A stretch of DNA of 62,990 nt, filler included, from Globobulimina sp. (GCA_003354225.1; 36 parts of 36 records of this genome joined end to end with filler, not necessarily neighbours in it); one strand, 5' to 3'. Numbered from the whole stretch's first letter, positions 37,431 through 48,976 are shown. Numbers and translations are program-made. The notes: generated from the sequence alone by a model not told the origin.

Positions 37431-38174
37431 ATGCTTACATAATTATATTTAAATTGCATATATGTCTAAATAAGGAAGGATAATAATAACTTTCTTACAA
37501 GAGGCCACCTGAAATCACACGCATAGCATTTGAGCAGCATTTAACATTAAGGTAGTTGTGTAATTAGTGAGTTTGTTATGTCTGGCATTTATTGATTAAA
37601 TTGTGATGGTATAAGGCAGAGACTTATCGTATAGAAATTCTGACTTTATCCAGCAGTATGTCGCCATGGTGGTCAGTGTTGGACTCCAAAGGAAAACAGG
37701 TTAAGAAAAACGCTATAGTAGTGTGCATTTATTTTATTCATGGCTGCTCCCAGATGGAACTGGATCGATTAATCCTATTGTTTTGACCTAAATAAATAAT
37801 CTGTATTGATCAGATTTTTAATATTTGGATCGTATGGTTTCGTAAATCGTTTTTATGGAATTTTGGAGGTTTTTGAATACAATGAAAGATACGAAGACAG
37901 TCAAGCAAGTTTGATGAAATCTAATCAATACAGATTTTTTATTTAGGTTAAATGGATGCTTTCATTGTGTTGGAATGGACTGACCTCTTTTGGATGACAA
38001 ATAATATGCACACTACGATATGGCACTCTGCTTTCGGTTTGTCCATATATCTGAACACACAAACAATATTATACCAAAGTAAATGTATGGATATCCAGTG
38101 CATATGGAAGGCGTTCTACTGCAAAAAGTATGAATGTCATATACCTCATAATTATTAATAATACCATTAGTTAT

Positions 38175-38464
38175 ATACAAAACACAGAAACGCTCTCCAC
38201 TAATTGCACAACTACCTTAACAGAAGCAGATCAATTACAGACTCATAACAAGATAGATCATCGTGACCAAGTCGGCAGATTTGTGTATGGTACAATTGCC
38301 GAAAAACGCGGAACAAATTTAAAAATCCATTATGATGGCTGGAGCAGAAAATGGGACACATGGAGCGATTACGCACGAGAAATACATAGATTTGCCAGAG
38401 CTGGATCCATTTCAAGCAGACCGGCGCATAGATTTCTGGGGTTAAAAAAGAGTGATTACGTCGA
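38175..38464 (+). CDS. Tudor/MBT/Agenet-like domain fragment
   Basis: KIDHRD..GRF..GTI......LKIHYDGWSRKWDTW. Confidence 0.65.
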
Positions 38465-38965
38465 NNNNNNNNNNNNNNNNNNNNNNNNNNNNNNNNNNNN
38501 NNNNNNNNTTAATTAATTAANNNNNNNNNNNNNNNNNNNNNNNNNNNNNNNNNNNNNNNNNNNNCCCACCCAGCCACCCTTTACTTTGAGGCCCTGGCTC
38601 AAAGGATTTTTTTCTCGGGACAATCGTCCACCCCCAACTCTGGCCTTTGGCGTGCCTTTCAGGTATTGCCCCGTCGCTGCCCGTTAGTAAAGTGAGTTTC
38701 TTGCTGTTGAATATATACCAGAATATATTCCCCAGCAAGCCTGAATTCAGGCCTAGTTCCCGACTGGAACCAGTCCCGGATTCAACCTCCCTTTGCAGTC
38801 CTTGCAGCGGCTTTTCCAACCGTACAACAGTATGGCAATTGGAGAGAATATTAAATTATACTGATTTATTATTAAATCATATTAAATCATATTAAATCAA
38901 TGATTAAATCAGTTTAAATTAATATTAATTATACTTATTTATTTCTAATTAAAGCGCATCATGTA

Positions 38966-39385
38966 ATGTTTCCACATCATTCTGAAAGTCATGACAATCA
39001 ATGTGATGCAATTATCGATCCTGTTATTAAATGCATGTGGTTAGCAAAGGATTGGAAACCATTACAATTTTTATTTGGATTAGATCATGCATCTAGAGAC
39101 TGGGGCATAGGCGAAACTTTTATTAGTCGAATAAAGAAAAGATTTAAAGCGATAAAAAATTCAACATTACCGTTAGCAAAATATGTGAAAATAATAAATG
39201 AAGATACAGAGGATGAGGAAATTATATTTACATCACAAAAAGGTTATAAATATAACATTTCAGATATGCTTATTACAGTGGCTGTAGAGCGCACGCACAC
39301 ACATTGTTCGATTGCGCACGCGTTTATTAATAAAAGATTTATTTCATATTGCAAATATGGTTACAATTGCATACACGGATCATGA
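38966..39385 (+). CDS. Orphan ORF1 of the 1,533-bp unit
   Basis: 139 aa with ATG start in AT-rich DNA; no family recognised. Confidence 0.45.
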   Translation: MFPHHSESHDNQCDAIIDPVIKCMWLAKDWKPLQFLFGLDHASRDWGIGETFISRIKKRFKAIKNSTLPLAKYVKIINEDTEDEEIIFTSQKGYKYNISDMLITVAVERTHTHCSIAHAFINKRFISYCKYGYNCIHGS

Positions 39386-39773
39386 ATTAAAGCATTACAA
39401 CCTACCCGAAGATTATGATCCAGTGAAACAGTTGCATTTATATGCAGATGCAATTAAAGAGAATTTATTAGATGCTCAGGATTTAGTCTGTGATTTTTTA
39501 CAATTGGAATGTAACAGAAATGACGATTTGGTGCATGATAAATTAATTGAGATATATTTGAGTTACTCGCCACAATTTATTAAATTTGTAAAAGATTGGA
39601 TTTTGCATGCCAGGGATAATAATCCACCACTTATCGCTTCTATGATATTCGATTTATTGCGGCGTGATCAAACAGTAAATAACTTCTTAGATACAAATAA
39701 CACAACAATCTATAATTTTAAAGATAAGAGTATGTATATTAAATCAATATTAAATTATATTAAATCATATTAA
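39357..39773 (+). CDS. Orphan ORF2 of the 1,533-bp unit
   Basis: ATG at 39357 overlaps the end of ORF1 in another frame; predicted helical composition. Confidence 0.45.
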   Translation: MVTIAYTDHELKHYNLPEDYDPVKQLHLYADAIKENLLDAQDLVCDFLQLECNRNDDLVHDKLIEIYLSYSPQFIKFVKDWILHARDNNPPLIASMIFDLLRRDQTVNNFLDTNNTTIYNFKDKSMYIKSILNYIKSY

Positions 39774-40316
39774 ATTATATTTGATTTAAAATATAATTTA
39801 ATAGTAATTTAATATAATTTAATAAAGATTAAAAGTAAAATGTATATTGTTTGAACATATTAAATCAATATTAAATCATATTAAATTATATTAAATTATT
39901 AAAGTACAGGGTTAACTCCTATAAGACGCAGAATCATATATATTATGACTATAATAGGACTATAAAGTATGGAGGAACTTTTCCACCAAATTATAGTCAT
40001 ATATTGCAACTATGTACAAGTCAATATGATTTTTTTGGAGGTATGATCACGGTATGATCACGGTACGATCACGGCGGTATATATGATCAAATTTTTTCCC
40101 ACCCAGCCACCCTTTACTTTGAGGCCCTGGCTCAAAGGATTTTTTTCTCGGGACAATCGTCCACCCCCAACTCTGGCCTTTGGCGTGCCTTTCAGGTATT
40201 GCCCCGTCGCTGCCCGNNNNNNNNNNNNNNNNNNNNNNNNNNNNNNNNNNNNNNNNNNNNTTAATTAATTAANNNNNNNNNNNNNNNNNNNNNNNNNNNN
40301 NNNNNNNNNNNNNNNN

Positions 40317-41602
40317 AGTATCCACATTTGCAGACTGTTGATAATTTATATAACATTTTGGTGTCATATCTGACTTTAAAAATTAAGTCTGGATATTTTG
40401 AAGTGAACTCTGCTGTGTATTTTCCATATACAATGAGTGCACTCTTAAATTTAGCAGATTTTTCTCACAATATAAAAGTTAAAAAGTTAGCTGTTGAGGC
40501 GTTAGAAGTTTTATTGTTAGATGTTGTGGATAATGTGAATGACAAAGGAGCATTCTATCCGGCACAAGGAAGAAGTAACTTTGGTCGCTATGAAGATATC
40601 GATTGGTACACAACAAATGATATTAAATGTGTTTTTTTACTAACGGGACTTGGGCCCATTCCAACAACACCATCGCCAGGAAGTGTCTTTATTGCGAGTA
40701 CAAATGTGTATAATTTGATGGGTGTTTTGGATCAATGGAAAGAAACTATTGATACAAAAACTGTTGTTTATGGCATCCCGATGGACGAATTTGCAACCTT
40801 TGATGATATACATTTCAGCAGAACAATATTTCAAATGAGTGCTGCCGCATATTGGATTCCTGAATTTTCATATGATACTACGGCGTTTGTGGACCACTAC
40901 AATTTATGGAATCATCCTGAATTTGTTCATTTCAATCCATTATCTTCTCGGATTTTTAGAGGAATTATTATCGCACTTTTAGGACCATTGTCTTATGGGA
41001 AAATAATCACTGATATAACGACAATATTATATAAAGATGGTCCCTCAATGTTGTCATCAATGCAAAATTATTATTTTCAAGAATTTGGACATCAACAATT
41101 TCCATGGGCTGCTACGACGGGTACAATATCTGTATTTTCACATAGCGGAACGGCTCCAGCTAAGCTCAACACCGTCAATGTTCATTTACCACTAATTATA
41201 CAATCTGGTAATATCGCATTAATTAAATATGATGCTAGTAAGATGAAGAAACATTCATTCCTTTTACGTATTATAGGTGTGAAGGATATAATTAATGTGT
41301 ATTTCCATTTTCCAGTGAGTAGGTTTTCTGAAGTTCGTTATTTTAGTAATTGGATTTTAGCAAAAGAAGTAGGAAGTGACGGATTGGATGGTTACGTTGC
41401 TATAAGAAGAGATAATAAATGTGTTAATCCTGTGATTAATGATATTATTACATGTGATCAAACGCAACAAATACATGCTGTCATTGTTGGAAATAGCAGA
41501 AAATATGGCAGTTTCGATAATTTTGAAACAATCATTAAAAATTCTATTTTCAATCCCTTACAAAATAAATTGACAATCGATGGCACCACTATTTCTCTTT
41601 AA
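40317..41602 (+). CDS. Uncharacterised protein resembling a bacterial-type family, 5'-partial
   Basis: Intronless 424+ aa; GHQQFPWAAT, LP.I.Q..NIALI.Y, HFP..RF.EV....NWILAK...DGYVA. Confidence 0.6.
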
Positions 41603-42068
41603 TGCTGTACTAACAAGCTAACGTATTGTAGAATATATATTTTTGTATAAATATTAATAAATTTTAATATAAAAATAAACAGAGATATGAGTCCTAACAC
41701 CGGCATTATAAATTACCATTTTTTGTAGAAATATTATCTCCAAATAATATTACATTTAATACTAATCAACAATCACAAATCGATAATAATCAACATTGTA
41801 CGTTGATGCATTGGGTAAAGTATTACCATCACAATGCTAAAAATGGAAACAAGTGTCCCATAAAAATGTAAGTATTCCATAATATATATCCTACATAAGT
41901 GCAGAATATGTGTCATTGAAAATTTTGTTTAGTTTGGATGTGTTTAAAACATACGTGTTTAAATTCCGNNNNNNNNNNNNNNNNNNNNNNNNNNNNNNNN
42001 NNNNNNNNNNNNTTAATTAATTAANNNNNNNNNNNNNNNNNNNNNNNNNNNNNNNNNNNNNNNNNNNN

Positions 42069-43664
42069 GGCTGTGAAGTGGATGGATTTTTGCATAAAAC
42101 AGCATTGGAAGCCGGCCTCAAAAATCGTATTGTATTTGACTGCAGCAACAATGTAGAAATTGGTGACAAATTAGATATAATTATAAGTCATATTGATTTA
42201 CATCAGAATAAAATTCAAGTTATGATTGATAATGATATCAACAATACAAATTTATACAACATTAATAGAGACAAACTGTTATTACCTGACGATTTCGATG
42301 AATCATTGGCTGTTTACCAGTCAATATATGGCATATTGTCTGACGATATCAACGATGTAATATTCCAATTTCTGGATCGTGCCTCGTTGCATCGATGCCG
42401 CAAAGTCTGCAAATTATTTGAACGAATAATCGATGATAAAACCGGACTGCGATTTGAAATCGAAGAATTAAAATGTTTCCACACAAAAAAAACATTCCGA
42501 CACGAAACGCTGGGCTTTGGCGTCAAAGTTGAAAGGTACCCAAAGACTGCGCATATTTGTGCGATTGAGCCGAAATTAAATTTGTTGTCAGCAAAATCAT
42601 TCAAAGCGTATGATGTACGCGCCTCAGTTTGGAAGGAACCGTTCAGTCATTGGTTGCCTGTATATATCAATAAAAAACACGGAGCAAAGTCCATGTCGTG
42701 GAGCAAAAGAATGATCACAGCCATAGTGAATGATAGCGATTATATTGGTGAGCTGAAGGATTTTAATCCGTATTATGTGTTGAAAATAATTCCAACATTG
42801 ATGAATACGATGGTTGTGCGCGTAATGAAGGGCGAATTGCATGAATCTATAGTTGCTTTGGAAGGGTATACAATGTTTTATCATTTAATGTTAGCATTTA
42901 TTGTGGAATATCCCTATTTGCAGGATTTCATTGATAGGAATTTAGGCGAATTTATACAGCAAAGAGCAAATAATGAGTTTCGTGATAAAAAACATGTAAA
43001 ATCGTTGGGGGAATGGATTGCTTTGCTGTCCGCATCAAATACGTATTCGTGGCGGGATGTATGCACTTCGTATTTGCGAGAATGTTTTGATAGAAATGCA
43101 AAATGGATATTAGCTGCGAATAATGCATTGTTGGATGAAAACCACCCAAAAACATCGCGATTAACAAAATCTTTCCATTCTACACAAGTTTCATTGAAAT
43201 TGTGTATGTTTCATGTTGTATTTTTGAGAATGTTTCGATATTCGCCACGAAGTGGGACGTTGTTAAAAGTGGAGCGAGTTAAAGAAAAACTGGATGCGTT
43301 ATATGGCAGACCCACGTATAATATGAGAGAATTATTACAAAAAAATGTGAAAAGAATTAAGAAAATTAACAGTTATAAACAATTTTTTGATGGCATCGCA
43401 GTAAAATGTCCATCGGATAATGAATTATTTGATTGGTTGACTGAATCGATGAGGAATTCGGAATTAAAAGGATATCACAAACCATATTGGTATATAAAAA
43501 AGAAGAAGAAAACAATGGATGCAACAATGGGTGGTTTGTTTGATAAATTTGACGATGCCGGGGATGTATGGTCAGCAAAGCAATTCGGATCTGATGTTCA
43601 ATTGAAAAAAGGAGAGAAAAAGAAAAAAATGAGTACTGACGATCAAATGATGGCTGCATTTTAA
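42069..43664 (+). CDS. F-box-like motif plus conserved domain often associated with UBC proteins in fungi and protists, 5'-partial
   Basis: LSDDINDVIFQFLD..SL.RCRKVCK (F-box-like); CFHTK....ETLGFGV, HWLPVYIN, S..ALEGY, LGEW, E.FDRN..W. Confidence 0.65.
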   Translation, partial: GCEVDGFLHKTALEAGLKNRIVFDCSNNVEIGDKLDIIISHIDLHQNKIQVMIDNDINNTNLYNINRDKLLLPDDFDESLAVYQSIYGILSDDINDVIFQFLDRASLHRCRKVCKLFERIIDDKTGLRFEIEELKCFHTKKTFRHETLGFGVKVERYPKTAHICAIEPKLNLLSAKSFKAYDVRASVWKEPFSHWLPVYINKKHGAKSMSWSKRMITAIVNDSDYIGELKDFNPYYVLKIIPTLMNTMVVRVMKGELHESIVALEGYTMFYHLMLAFIVEYPYLQDFIDRNLGEFIQQRANNEFRDKKHVKSLGEWIALLSASNTYSWRDVCTSYLRECFDRNAKWILAANNALLDENHPKTSRLTKSFHSTQVSLKLCMFHVVFLRMFRYSPRSGTLLKVERVKEKLDALYGRPTYNMRELLQKNVKRIKKINSYKQFFDGIAVKCPSDNELFDWLTESMRNSELKGYHKPYWYIKKKKKTMDATMGGLFDKFDDAGDVWSAKQFGSDVQLKKGEKKKKMSTDDQMMAAF

Positions 43665-44039
43665 GTAGTTTGCAATGTATATACGTAGTAAAAAAACTTT
43701 TTGTGTCAAACAGTACCATANNNNNNNNNNNNNNNNNNNNNNNNNNNNNNNNNNNNNNNNNNNNTTAATTAATTAANNNNNNNNNNNNNNNNNNNNNNNN
43801 NNNNNNNNNNNNNNNNNNNNTGCATCGAGATCGTTATCTAATTTATATTGCAATGAATATGATTGAATAAATGACCCACCGCTTGATTGTGGTGCTTTCC
43901 ATTCTAAATAAATGTGATCGGAACCTAGCGATGAGTTTGCGAATGTGATGCTTGGAGGAATTTCATTCTTAAAGTTTTGAAGAAGAAGATTGTTTAAAGT
44001 TTTCGACTGACAGCATTGTGACTTATAAAACGTCTAAAC

Positions 44040-45137
44040 ATGGCATCTCTCGGAAAGCGTCTGAAATCAGGTCATCAGAAGACTGATTCCGAAGCCTTGG
44101 AAGACTTATCCTCGGCCTTTCATGATTTAGATATTGATGGTGAAGGCTTGTTAGATCAGGCATCCTTTTTAACCGCCATACGGATGCTTGGCGTAACTGT
44201 ACCACCCTCTGAATTAGAGAAAATCTTTGAAGTTTTAGATGAAGACGATACCGGCATGATCGCCTATGATAAAGTCAAAGAATTTATGAAACTCGGTAAA
44301 ATCCCGTCGACCATATTAAATAAAGTGAAACAAACCGGGGGTGGAGCCTCCAAAAAACGCAAATCAATCATGTTTGGCACAGGCCCTTTGATAAAAAACA
44401 CGCCCAAGAAAAGTGGCGGTGCTCTGTTGCCCATATTAGCAGAAGAAAAAGAAAGAGAATCCGACCAATTGCAAAAAAGGCAAGCTCCAATGGACAAAAA
44501 TCGCGTCAAAATGATCCAAAGAGCCGTGATTGTGATCAAAAAAGCTGCCATGAAAACCATATCTCGCGATGAAGTGATTGAATTTTTAGCCGATAAAGGA
44601 ATGGATATCGCCGACATTGAGTTTGCGTACAATAAGGCCCAAGAACAGGTAATGTCGCATGAGGAAAGGATCAAATATTTATCCGATTTGTCCGTGGCAC
44701 GTTTAAATGAGGCGAATCAACAGAAAAATTTAAATGAATTTTTATCCTCACAAATATCGATGCAATCGCAGGAGATTCAAATATTGCGCGACATATTAAA
44801 GACATGTACAGATACAATGATTGGCAGCGCACCCAATGCGAATAAGTCGCAACACATTATTGAGAAATTAGCAGCGCAGGAATTAACCAGCAAAATACAA
44901 CAGTGTACAAAAGAAGTAGTCAACGCAGAACAGGAGAAAGATAATCAAGCGGCGATTGTACATAAACGAGATTTGGAAACGTTGCAAGTGATATCGAAAT
45001 GTGTAACGGATAAGCAGCATTTCCATGCATTTTTATATTTCCATCAGTTGGAAAGTGTGCTAAGAGATTCTATGCCGCAGCTACAAGAATTTTTAACTGA
45101 TTATGAATTTCCTGATGAGGATATTGATGAGGATTAA
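44040..45137 (+). CDS. EF-hand pair + Pex14_N-like helix bundle + coiled coil
   Basis: DIDGEGLLDQASF and DEDDTGMIAYDKV loops; EVIEFLADKGMDIADIEFA. Confidence 0.7.
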   Translation: MASLGKRLKSGHQKTDSEALEDLSSAFHDLDIDGEGLLDQASFLTAIRMLGVTVPPSELEKIFEVLDEDDTGMIAYDKVKEFMKLGKIPSTILNKVKQTGGGASKKRKSIMFGTGPLIKNTPKKSGGALLPILAEEKERESDQLQKRQAPMDKNRVKMIQRAVIVIKKAAMKTISRDEVIEFLADKGMDIADIEFAYNKAQEQVMSHEERIKYLSDLSVARLNEANQQKNLNEFLSSQISMQSQEIQILRDILKTCTDTMIGSAPNANKSQHIIEKLAAQELTSKIQQCTKEVVNAEQEKDNQAAIVHKRDLETLQVISKCVTDKQHFHAFLYFHQLESVLRDSMPQLQEFLTDYEFPDEDIDED

Positions 45138-45837
45138 TAACCTATTTTTTTGTACATTTATGTTTTTTTTGTGTTTTGTTCAACATTACTTTTTCTTTTA
45201 TAACACTTTCATTGAAATATAACAGCATTTTTCTGTTGTGAGTTGCCATGGTCGTTACTCGAAGTCAAAAAACTACTTTATTTTGCACGATAGTGAATAC
45301 AACATTTGTCATTATTAAATTAAAACAATGAATTTATGACTTTATTCAATGTAGTTTTATTCAACATGGATGATTCTACAATCTCATTCATAACACTTTT
45401 CATTGCATTATGATCAATCACGGATACAAATCGACATATTAATGTTTTCTCAGTCGTACTGCCATTCTCAGTNNNNNNNNNNNNNNNNNNNNNNNNNNNN
45501 NNNNNNNNNNNNNNNNTTAATTAATTAANNNNNNNNNNNNNNNNNNNNNNNNNNNNNNNNNNNNNNNNNNNNACATTACAATGATAAAAGTCATTCAGAT
45601 ATGTATGTTTTTCTGTAGATATTCCTATTGAGTCTAAGGACGGACAACAACCCATTGTTTCTATTTAAATTATATCCTGTCACAACTGTTAAAGAAGGAT
45701 TAATTAATTATGTCAGCACTTTACAGTTTTGAGACTATTAAACTAAAGCAGTTTTGGAGCATATCCATTATGGCTGTGAATTTAGGTAACTACAATTAAT
45801 ATATTCCATGCAATTGCTCAACAAACACATGTATACC

Positions 45838-47081
45838 CTATAATTCATGATAAAGGTTTTAAGGATGTAGGTAAAGAATGTGGTATTACAATTTGGGGCT
45901 TTGTTGACCAAAACGTCAAACGTTGGCCACGAAATCATTATAATTATCCTACATTTTATTGTACTGATTGTTTTTTGATTCTACATTCAGCTCAAACTGA
46001 CGAAGATAAACGAACATATACTCTGTTTATATGGATTGGCAATAAAACAAGTATACACCAACAACAAATTGGTATAAAAACACTCAACGATTTACAAAGA
46101 TTATTACATTCAAAGTGTGTTCAATACAGAGAAGTTCAAGGCAATGAGACAAAAGCTTTTCTAGATTTATGGCCCAAAATAGAAATAAAAAATTGCTCAA
46201 AAAAAGATGAATTTAAATATGTAAATAGAGGGTCATATGAACCACAGTTATTACATATCGTTGGATATAAAAAACATGTGCAAGTATATCAAGTTCCACT
46301 TTCAGCAGAATCACTAAACAGTTGCGGTACATTTGTTTTAGATTTGGGGCTAACCATATTTCAATTCAATGGAAATAAAGCTAGTGCGTGGTATAAACGC
46401 AAAGCTAATGCGATTGTGGATGAAATACAGGCATCGAGATATGGAAAAGTCAGACAAACGTATATTATCGATGGCATTCTTGACGTTGGATCTTGTTTAA
46501 TTGATATATTCTGGGCATATTTCGGTGGAAACCCAGGAAACATTAAGGACTTTGATGCAGAAACAAAAACGGAACATACTGTTGAATATACAAAATTGTT
46601 ATCGTTAAGTTGTATGATAAGTAGCTCGCAATTTGGTCAAGTTTGTGTGAATCAAATTGATAAATCTAAATTAGAGAGCGGCAGTATATATGTTTTAAAT
46701 TGCATTGGCGGCGAATATGTGTATGTATGGATTGGCAGAAATGTTGCAATTGATGAGAGCAACTATAGTTTTCCAGACGGGATAAGCATTGGCATGGGAT
46801 ATCTTCAACAAATGGATAAAATAAATGTGTTGGTTGACGGTTGGATTCGTCAAACTTCAGTAACCGTTATTCCATTGGACATTATTGAGTTATGCTTTCA
46901 ATATATTTTCTGCAAAGGACGAGAGGCAAATATTCCGATTTGTGTTGTATGGGAAGGTTATGAGCCGCTACAATTTTGGCTGGCATTGAATTGTGAAATT
47001 GTTGGAGGGAGAGCATTAATGAAACATCAATGGAGTGGGGGAAGAAGAAGACGTTGGAGTGATTACAAACACATTTTATAA
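45838..47081 (+). CDS. Gelsolin/severin-like protein (5' end unresolved)
   Basis: Frame extends upstream of the listed ORF (VGKECGITIW); FIWIG, QYREVQGNET..F, QVPLSAESLNS..TFVLDLG, FW.YFGG. Confidence 0.85.
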
Positions 47082-47631
47082 ATCAAAAATCGCAACTAAT
47101 TGCACAAACTCCTCAAAAAAGACGCAAAAAAATAAAACTATATTCAAATGGAAATGCAATAAATGTATAAAATGGATTTTAGATCTCATCTGTACTCACC
47201 TCAGTAAATACCGTTTTTTTTTTTNNNNNNNNNNNNNNNNNNNNNNNNNNNNNNNNNNNNNNNNNNNNTTAATTAATTAANNNNNNNNNNNNNNNNNNNN
47301 NNNNNNNNNNNNNNNNNNNNNNNNTTTGTTGCAATTAATAATAATTTGTATGAAATACACATTGGATACCCATCAAAATACAAATAGAAAAAGGGCGCCA
47401 AGGACCATTTGTTTCAAGACAGATTGAATTGGAAAATATTAAAATATTAAATCAAAATAAACCAATTCTATCAAGCAAGCACCCAATACAAAGTATTAAT
47501 GTTTGTAAAAATAATGATGAAAATTATGTTATTTCGTATATTGATAATAATGGTGTTTTATATGTTTAAATATTGGATGAATCCAAAAAGACAAAGAAAT
47601 CGGAAATCCTCCACCATTAAAAAAGAGGAAA

Positions 47632-48486
47632 TTGAATGAGTGTAATAATTCTAATTATAATACATGCATCGCAATGCAACATGGCAACGGATTAAATGCT
47701 TTGTTTTCGATTGCAAATGGAAGAAATGGAAGAAATGCATTATGTAATTTACGTATGTCTGGATATTGCAGTCATGATATAAATAAAACAAGTGATAAAT
47801 TTGCCGCAATTTCTAGTTATTATAACTCATTAAATATTGGTTGTATTGGTAATAAAAACCAAATAATTGCAAATATTTATTTACCACAAACACCAACAAC
47901 GGTGAAATATTATAATATCCCCAAATCGGGTAATAATTCATGCGTTATTTTAATCAATGAAGGAAATATTTTATCCGTTTGGGATGAGAGAGAACTTCGA
48001 AAATGTATCAAACGAATTGATTTAAGACATCCAATGTATTCAATCGATATAAATGCAAAATCATCATCAAAATACATTGCTTGTTGTGGCGAATCGAAAA
48101 TTGTTCATATTATTGACCCGTTCAAATGGAATGTACATTCAATGTGGAAATCACAATCCAAATATCAATTATTACAATGTAAATTTAGTAAATTTGATAG
48201 ATATGGAAAATATATTTATTGTGTTGGAATGGATCATGATTTACTGACTGGACAATGGGAAACGTCCGGCTTTATTCCTAATAAAAGAAAACAAGCAAAA
48301 CACACAAAATTAAAGCACACAGCAACAAATGCTTTACGCTTTCAACATTGTTTCCGTGCCGATTCAAAATGGATTGGCGTTGATTACGTAAATGATAGGA
48401 ATTTTGAATCGATGATTGGTATAACCAACACAGCCACGATTTATGTTGCGCATAAACCTCATAAACTTGACGCATCTCAATACTAA
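47632..48486 (+). CDS. WD40-like beta-propeller fragment
   Basis: LSVWD, YIACCGESKIVHIID, IYCVGMD. Confidence 0.5.
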   Translation: MNECNNSNYNTCIAMQHGNGLNALFSIANGRNGRNALCNLRMSGYCSHDINKTSDKFAAISSYYNSLNIGCIGNKNQIIANIYLPQTPTTVKYYNIPKSGNNSCVILINEGNILSVWDERELRKCIKRIDLRHPMYSIDINAKSSSKYIACCGESKIVHIIDPFKWNVHSMWKSQSKYQLLQCKFSKFDRYGKYIYCVGMDHDLLTGQWETSGFIPNKRKQAKHTKLKHTATNALRFQHCFRADSKWIGVDYVNDRNFESMIGITNTATIYVAHKPHKLDASQY

Positions 48487-48507
48487 TTTAATTATAAAAA
48501 GTAAAAA

Positions 48508-48976
48508 ATGCCGACGCTCTCTCAGTCTTTAGTTTGTTTACTAAGCAATGTGTTAGTACCGACATTAGACATTACAGTTGGGACATCTTTGATAGTTGAT
48601 GGAGTTCTGGCATACAATACGGAAACATTCGAAGATATAATTTTACCAATTCATGTTGGCATCATGGGTGCATTGGTCATTATTCTTACATTTTATATTC
48701 CTAAAAACTTAGGAGTACAAATCCCATTTTATTTAACATTTAGAGGCAGAGGATTTTGTTTTCTGTTTTTTGGTAGTTTTGTTCTGGATCCATTTGGTTT
48801 CACATTGTCTGGTTCAATGTATGTCGATCTGTATGTTAATTGTTAAACAATTGCACTGACTTTTTTTTTAATAAGGCAGCATTGGGATTAGTATTATTTT
48901 AGTAGCATTTTTCTATTTTCTAATTGCAATCCTCAATATATTCGAAATAATTGTAGTGGTTTTACCGCCTCCGGTG
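48508..48976 (+). CDS. COPI-associated/TVP15-like membrane protein, spliced, 3'-partial
   Basis: PFYLTFRGRGFCFLFFG motif with TM helices; GTATGT donor near 48818. Confidence 0.65.

Larger units (their letters stand above)
38565..40216. repeat. Contig with exact 119-bp terminal direct repeat (circular or tandem unit of 1,533 bp)
   Basis: 38565-38683 is identical to 40098-40216. Confidence 0.93.

Noticed and set aside
38565-38830. Hammerhead ribozyme, group II intron domain V or tRNA
   Set aside because: No CTGANGA/GAAA core in the right geometry, the domain V halves are in the wrong order, and there is no cloverleaf.
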